DNA of 64,000 nt from the NCBI GenBank assembly GCA_963675785.1, contig OY776562.1, positions 256,001 to 320,000 of the forward strand. Direction: 5' to 3'. A program made the position numbers and the translations under genes. The stretch is from Anaerolineae bacterium (GTDB taxonomy: Bacteria > Chloroflexota > Anaerolineae > UBA1429). Under the pieces are notes generated by a model. The model saw nothing but the letters and a program-made list of their open reading frames with translations. It did no database searches and was not told the origin of the DNA. Shown piece by piece: positions 60,585 to 64,000 of the stretch; within the stretch, counting starts at the first letter, position 1; every line of letters begins with the position of its first letter.

Positions 60585-61781
60585 ATGATTAGCGAACGCG
60601 TAACCGGCCACCCCGAATGTAACGAACAGCTCTTGTATTTTACCTCCAATAGCCTGTTGGCTGACGACCAGCGACTGGTGATCATCAGTGACCGCACCGG
60701 CGATGTGAATTTGTTCGTGCGCGATATGGCTACTGGCGACGAGTGCCAACTGACGGATAACGCCGAGGGTTTCCTCAAATCCTATGTTTATTTTGAGGGC
60801 CGACCCTATCAGGGCTTGGGTCGGGCCAGTGTTAGCCTGGATGCCCAGCGTGGCATCGTCTATTACCTGCAGGGCCGCGAGATTCGCGCGACTGATATGG
60901 CCGGTAATACGCATACGTTGGCGCTCACGCCGGCGGGGCAGATGACGGCCTTTACCCACATCTCGGAGGATGGCACGCGACTGGTGGTGCCCACCACGGA
61001 CGCTTATGCTCTCGATGGCGAGGTGCAGTTGGCCGGTAAGCCTGAATACGACATTGACGAGCGCGTGCAGATGAACGGTCTCTCTTCCTATTTGCATGTA
61101 TATGATACCGCGTCGGGGCATGAGGTGGCCTGCGAAGCCGTACCGCGAAGTTGGATTACCCATGTGCAGTTTGCCCCGCTCGACCGTCACACCATTCTTT
61201 ATAATCACGAGTGGCCGGCTGATTGCGGAGTGCGCCGTGTGTGGTTGTGGGATGGTGCCACCCATCACATGCTTCGCCCAGAGAATGTGGCTGAGAGCCG
61301 CAGTCGCGAGGACTGGACCTGCCACGAAATGTGGGAGCGTGACGGCAGTTGGGTCATCTATCATGGCTCTTACGCTGGCGGTAGCGAATACGAGGACCGG
61401 ATCAGGCCCAACAGCGGCCGGGGATATTTGGGTCGTGTTCGCCCCGATGGCAGTGGTTTGCGCGAGATCGCCTTTCCCGAAGGGTGGACGCAGTATGGCC
61501 ACTTTACAGTAGGTCAACCCAATTGGTTGGTCAGCGATGGCTATTACCGGCAGGGTGAGAGCGCGGCGCATCAGGGTGAATGGATCTCACTATTGCACAT
61601 GGATTGGGAGGCCGGCGAGATCGAGTGGATCCCGCTGGAGAAGAGCGGCTCGAGCTGGGATTCGCAGGATTCTCACCCGCATCCGATATTCGACCATGCT
61701 GGTCGGGCGGTGTATTTCACCTCGGATCGCGAGGGCAAGCGGGCGGTCTATCGCATTGATGTCTCGCAGTACATAGATTGA
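60585..61781 (+). CDS. Oligogalacturonate lyase-like beta-propeller, copy 1
   Basis: LYFT, SDRTG, HVQF, NHE, CHE, YGHF, SHPHP, FTSDR. Confidence 0.75.
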   Translation: MISERVTGHPECNEQLLYFTSNSLLADDQRLVIISDRTGDVNLFVRDMATGDECQLTDNAEGFLKSYVYFEGRPYQGLGRASVSLDAQRGIVYYLQGREIRATDMAGNTHTLALTPAGQMTAFTHISEDGTRLVVPTTDAYALDGEVQLAGKPEYDIDERVQMNGLSSYLHVYDTASGHEVACEAVPRSWITHVQFAPLDRHTILYNHEWPADCGVRRVWLWDGATHHMLRPENVAESRSREDWTCHEMWERDGSWVIYHGSYAGGSEYEDRIRPNSGRGYLGRVRPDGSGLREIAFPEGWTQYGHFTVGQPNWLVSDGYYRQGESAAHQGEWISLLHMDWEAGEIEWIPLEKSGSSWDSQDSHPHPIFDHAGRAVYFTSDREGKRAVYRIDVSQYID

Positions 61782-61870
61782 GGCAAGTACAGACGTTTGA
61801 CGTGCGTATAGCGCTTGGTTAGTCTGACGACAGTACACAGAATAGCCTGTGCCGTCATAGAGGGGAAAGT

Positions 61871-63034
61871 ATGAAAAGCGAACGCGTTAGTGGACATCCG
61901 GAATCCAATGAGCAGCTCTTGTATTTCACATCCAACAGTCTGTTGGCCGACGACCGGCGCATTGTGCTGATCAGCGACCGTACCGGCGACTATAATCTGT
62001 TTTTACGCGATATGATCACCGGTGATGAATGTCAGCTTACCGATAATCGTGAGGGGTTCCTCAAGTCGCATGTCTATTTTGACGGCCAACCCTACAGGGG
62101 GCTAGGGAGAGCCAGCGTCAGCCTGGATGGAGAGCGAGGCGTAGCCTATTACATCCAGGGGCGCGAGATTCGCGTGGTGGATATGCAGGGGAATATGCGT
62201 CCGTTCGCGCTGTTGCCAACTGAGCAAATGACTACCTTTACCCACGTCTCGGAGGACGGCACACGCCTGGTTGTGCCCACCACCGACGCCTATGCTCTGG
62301 ATGGCGATAATCTACTTGCTGGCAAGCCCGAATACGACATTGATGATCGTGTGCAGATGAACGGCCTTTCCTCTTATCTGCATATCTATGATACTGCGAC
62401 GGGGCGAGAAGTAGATTGCGTGATTGTGCCACGATGCTGGATCAGCCACGCTCAGTTTGCCCCGCTCGACCGAGGAACGCTGCTCTATAACCATGAGTGG
62501 CCTTCGGATTGTGGCGTACGGCGCATGTGGTTATGGGATGGTGCCAAGCATCTTATGCTTCGCCCAGAGAATCTGGCGGAGGGGCGCAGTCGTGGAGATT
62601 GGACTTGCCACGAAATGTGGGAGCGCGATGGTCTATCAATCATTTACCACGGCACCTATGTAGATGGGCGAGGCTATGTGGGGCGAGTGCGCCCCGATGG
62701 CAGCGATCTGCGCGAGATCACTTTCCCCGATGGTTGGACGCAGTATGGTCACTTTACGGTGGGTCAGCCTAATTGGCTGGTTACCGATGGCTATTATCGG
62801 CAAGAGGGCGATGGCACTGGTGAACATGGCGAATGGATTGCCCTATTGCACATGGATTGGGATGCTGGCAAAATCGACTGGATCCCCCTGGAAAAGAGCG
62901 GCTCGAGCTGGGGTTCGCAGGATGCCCATCCGCATCCCATTTTCGATCATGCCGGTCGGGCGGTATATTTCACCTCAGACCGCGGGGGCAAACGGGCGGC
63001 CTACCGTATCGATATTTCTCAATACGTCGGCTAG
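61871..63034 (+). CDS. Oligogalacturonate lyase-like beta-propeller, copy 2
   Basis: Colinear paralog of the preceding gene with the same motifs. Confidence 0.75.
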   Translation: MKSERVSGHPESNEQLLYFTSNSLLADDRRIVLISDRTGDYNLFLRDMITGDECQLTDNREGFLKSHVYFDGQPYRGLGRASVSLDGERGVAYYIQGREIRVVDMQGNMRPFALLPTEQMTTFTHVSEDGTRLVVPTTDAYALDGDNLLAGKPEYDIDDRVQMNGLSSYLHIYDTATGREVDCVIVPRCWISHAQFAPLDRGTLLYNHEWPSDCGVRRMWLWDGAKHLMLRPENLAEGRSRGDWTCHEMWERDGLSIIYHGTYVDGRGYVGRVRPDGSDLREITFPDGWTQYGHFTVGQPNWLVTDGYYRQEGDGTGEHGEWIALLHMDWDAGKIDWIPLEKSGSSWGSQDAHPHPIFDHAGRAVYFTSDRGGKRAAYRIDISQYVG

Positions 63035-63049
63035 GGTGTTTGGGCTAAC

Positions 63050-63082
63050 AAAAAGGGCGGCATTTTGTCGCCCTTTCTTTTT
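63050..63082. terminator. Intrinsic terminator
   Basis: AAAGGGCGGCA...TGTCGCCCTTT. Confidence 0.75.
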
Positions 63083-63092
63083 GCATTAGAAC

Positions 63093-63120
63093 TTGATACC
63101 TGTACGGGGTATGGTATAAT
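63093..63120 (+). promoter_or_regulatory. Promoter with a CsoR/CstR-type operator in the spacer
   Basis: TTGATA-N16-TATAAT containing ATACC-tgtacgg-GGTAT. Confidence 0.65.
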
Positions 63121-63153
63121 AGATCGGTTGTGTTTTTTGATGGAGGTGAACCG

Positions 63154-63336
63154 TTGAGCGTTTCAATTGCGAGCAATCGTTGTCCTCAGGACCATCGTTG
63201 TCCTTCTGTTCGCGTTTGCCCGGTAGGGGCCTTAAGTCAGGCGGGGAATGCAGCCCCTGTCGTCGATGAGGAAAAGTGTATCGACTGCAAGCGCTGTGTC
63301 ATGACTTGCCCTTACGGTGTGTTTCGTGAACGTTAG
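63154..63336 (+). CDS. Small 4Fe-4S ferredoxin-like protein
   Basis: RCPQDHRCPSVRVCP and CIDCKRCVMTCP. TTG start after GGAGGT. Confidence 0.85.
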   Translation: MSVSIASNRCPQDHRCPSVRVCPVGALSQAGNAAPVVDEEKCIDCKRCVMTCPYGVFRER

Positions 63337-64000
63337 GCTTCGTCCAGCGCTGTGGAATCTTTGATGTAGGCTCCCATCTGCTCGACGGCTTTGCGAGCTT
63401 CAGGCACCAGCAAGGCATAGGCAGGCCACACGTGCCACATGCCTTTGCCGACGATGAAATGTGTTTTTACGCCTTCAGCGCGTAGCTGCTCGACGAGCCG
63501 CCGTGAGTCATCAAAGAGGATGCCTTCGGTACCAGCCAGCACCAATGTCGGCGGCAGGTTATTCAGGTCGGCATACAAGGGCGAGATGAGTGGATTCCAG
63601 ACCGGCAAGCCATCAGCATAAATCTGGCCCCGTTTTAGTAGGTCGTCACCTGATAAAACGGGGTCGCGCTGCCTCATCGTAGTATAGGTGGAGCCCGTGC
63701 CCAGCAGATCAGTCCATGGGGACATGAGCACGGCTTTAGAAGGTAGGGGCAGATCAGCTTCTTTACAGGCTACCAAAAGTGCAAGTGAGAGCCCGCCGCC
63801 AGCCGAATCGCCCACCAGGCTGATATTTTCGGGTTTGTAACCCAGATCCAACAGCCAGCCATAGGCGTAAATAGCGTCACTAAGCCCAGCGGGGAAGGGG
63901 TGTTCGGGAGCCAACGAATACTCTACAAACAAAGCGCGGCAACCTGAGGCTTCACAAATACGCGGCACCAAGTCGGTGTACATCTGCATACTGCCAGCGC
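63333..64000 (-). CDS. Alpha/beta hydrolase, HSL-like esterase (5' end outside the window)
   Basis: YSLAPEHPFP, GDSAGG, SPWTD, HVWP. Confidence 0.9.
   Translation of the reverse strand, partial: AGSMQMYTDLVPRICEASGCRALFVEYSLAPEHPFPAGLSDAIYAYGWLLDLGYKPENISLVGDSAGGGLSLALLVACKEADLPLPSKAVLMSPWTDLLGTGSTYTTMRQRDPVLSGDDLLKRGQIYADGLPVWNPLISPLYADLNNLPPTLVLAGTEGILFDDSRRLVEQLRAEGVKTHFIVGKGMWHVWPAYALLVPEARKAVEQMGAYIKDSTALDEA

Overview
A chromosomal window from an anaerobic bacterium. The gene repertoire (T-box-controlled valS, FemAB, RACo, selenoprotein peroxiredoxin, many sugar oxidoreductases) suggests Chloroflexota/Anaerolineae, but this is inference. Positions 1-41.3 kb are mostly core and metabolic genes: valS with a T-box leader, a Na+-type N-ATPase operon (atpD-C-R-B-E-F/H-A-G), a VIT1/CCC1-type transporter with an unusual proline-rich leader, zwf, gltX, a MinD/4Fe-4S pair, a UGA-recoded peroxiredoxin with a SECIS-like hairpin, xylB, rplI, nth, RACo, yvcK, gap, a two-component pair and two CAT tRNAs. 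After the tRNAs the region is an accessory patchwork: gene fragments, a Lys-rich microprotein, an RNB nuclease, an ABC exporter pair, two AT-rich putative nuclease/defence genes interleaved with a duplicated copy of the ABC gene's 3' end plus terminator, and tandem oligogalacturonate-lyase-like paralogs. The best candidates for something new are (1) an MgtL-like EPDP/polyproline leader upstream of the VIT1 plus chelatase-like operon and (2) a defence-gene slot built on a duplicated gene end. All family assignments come from motif recognition by eye; no searches were run.
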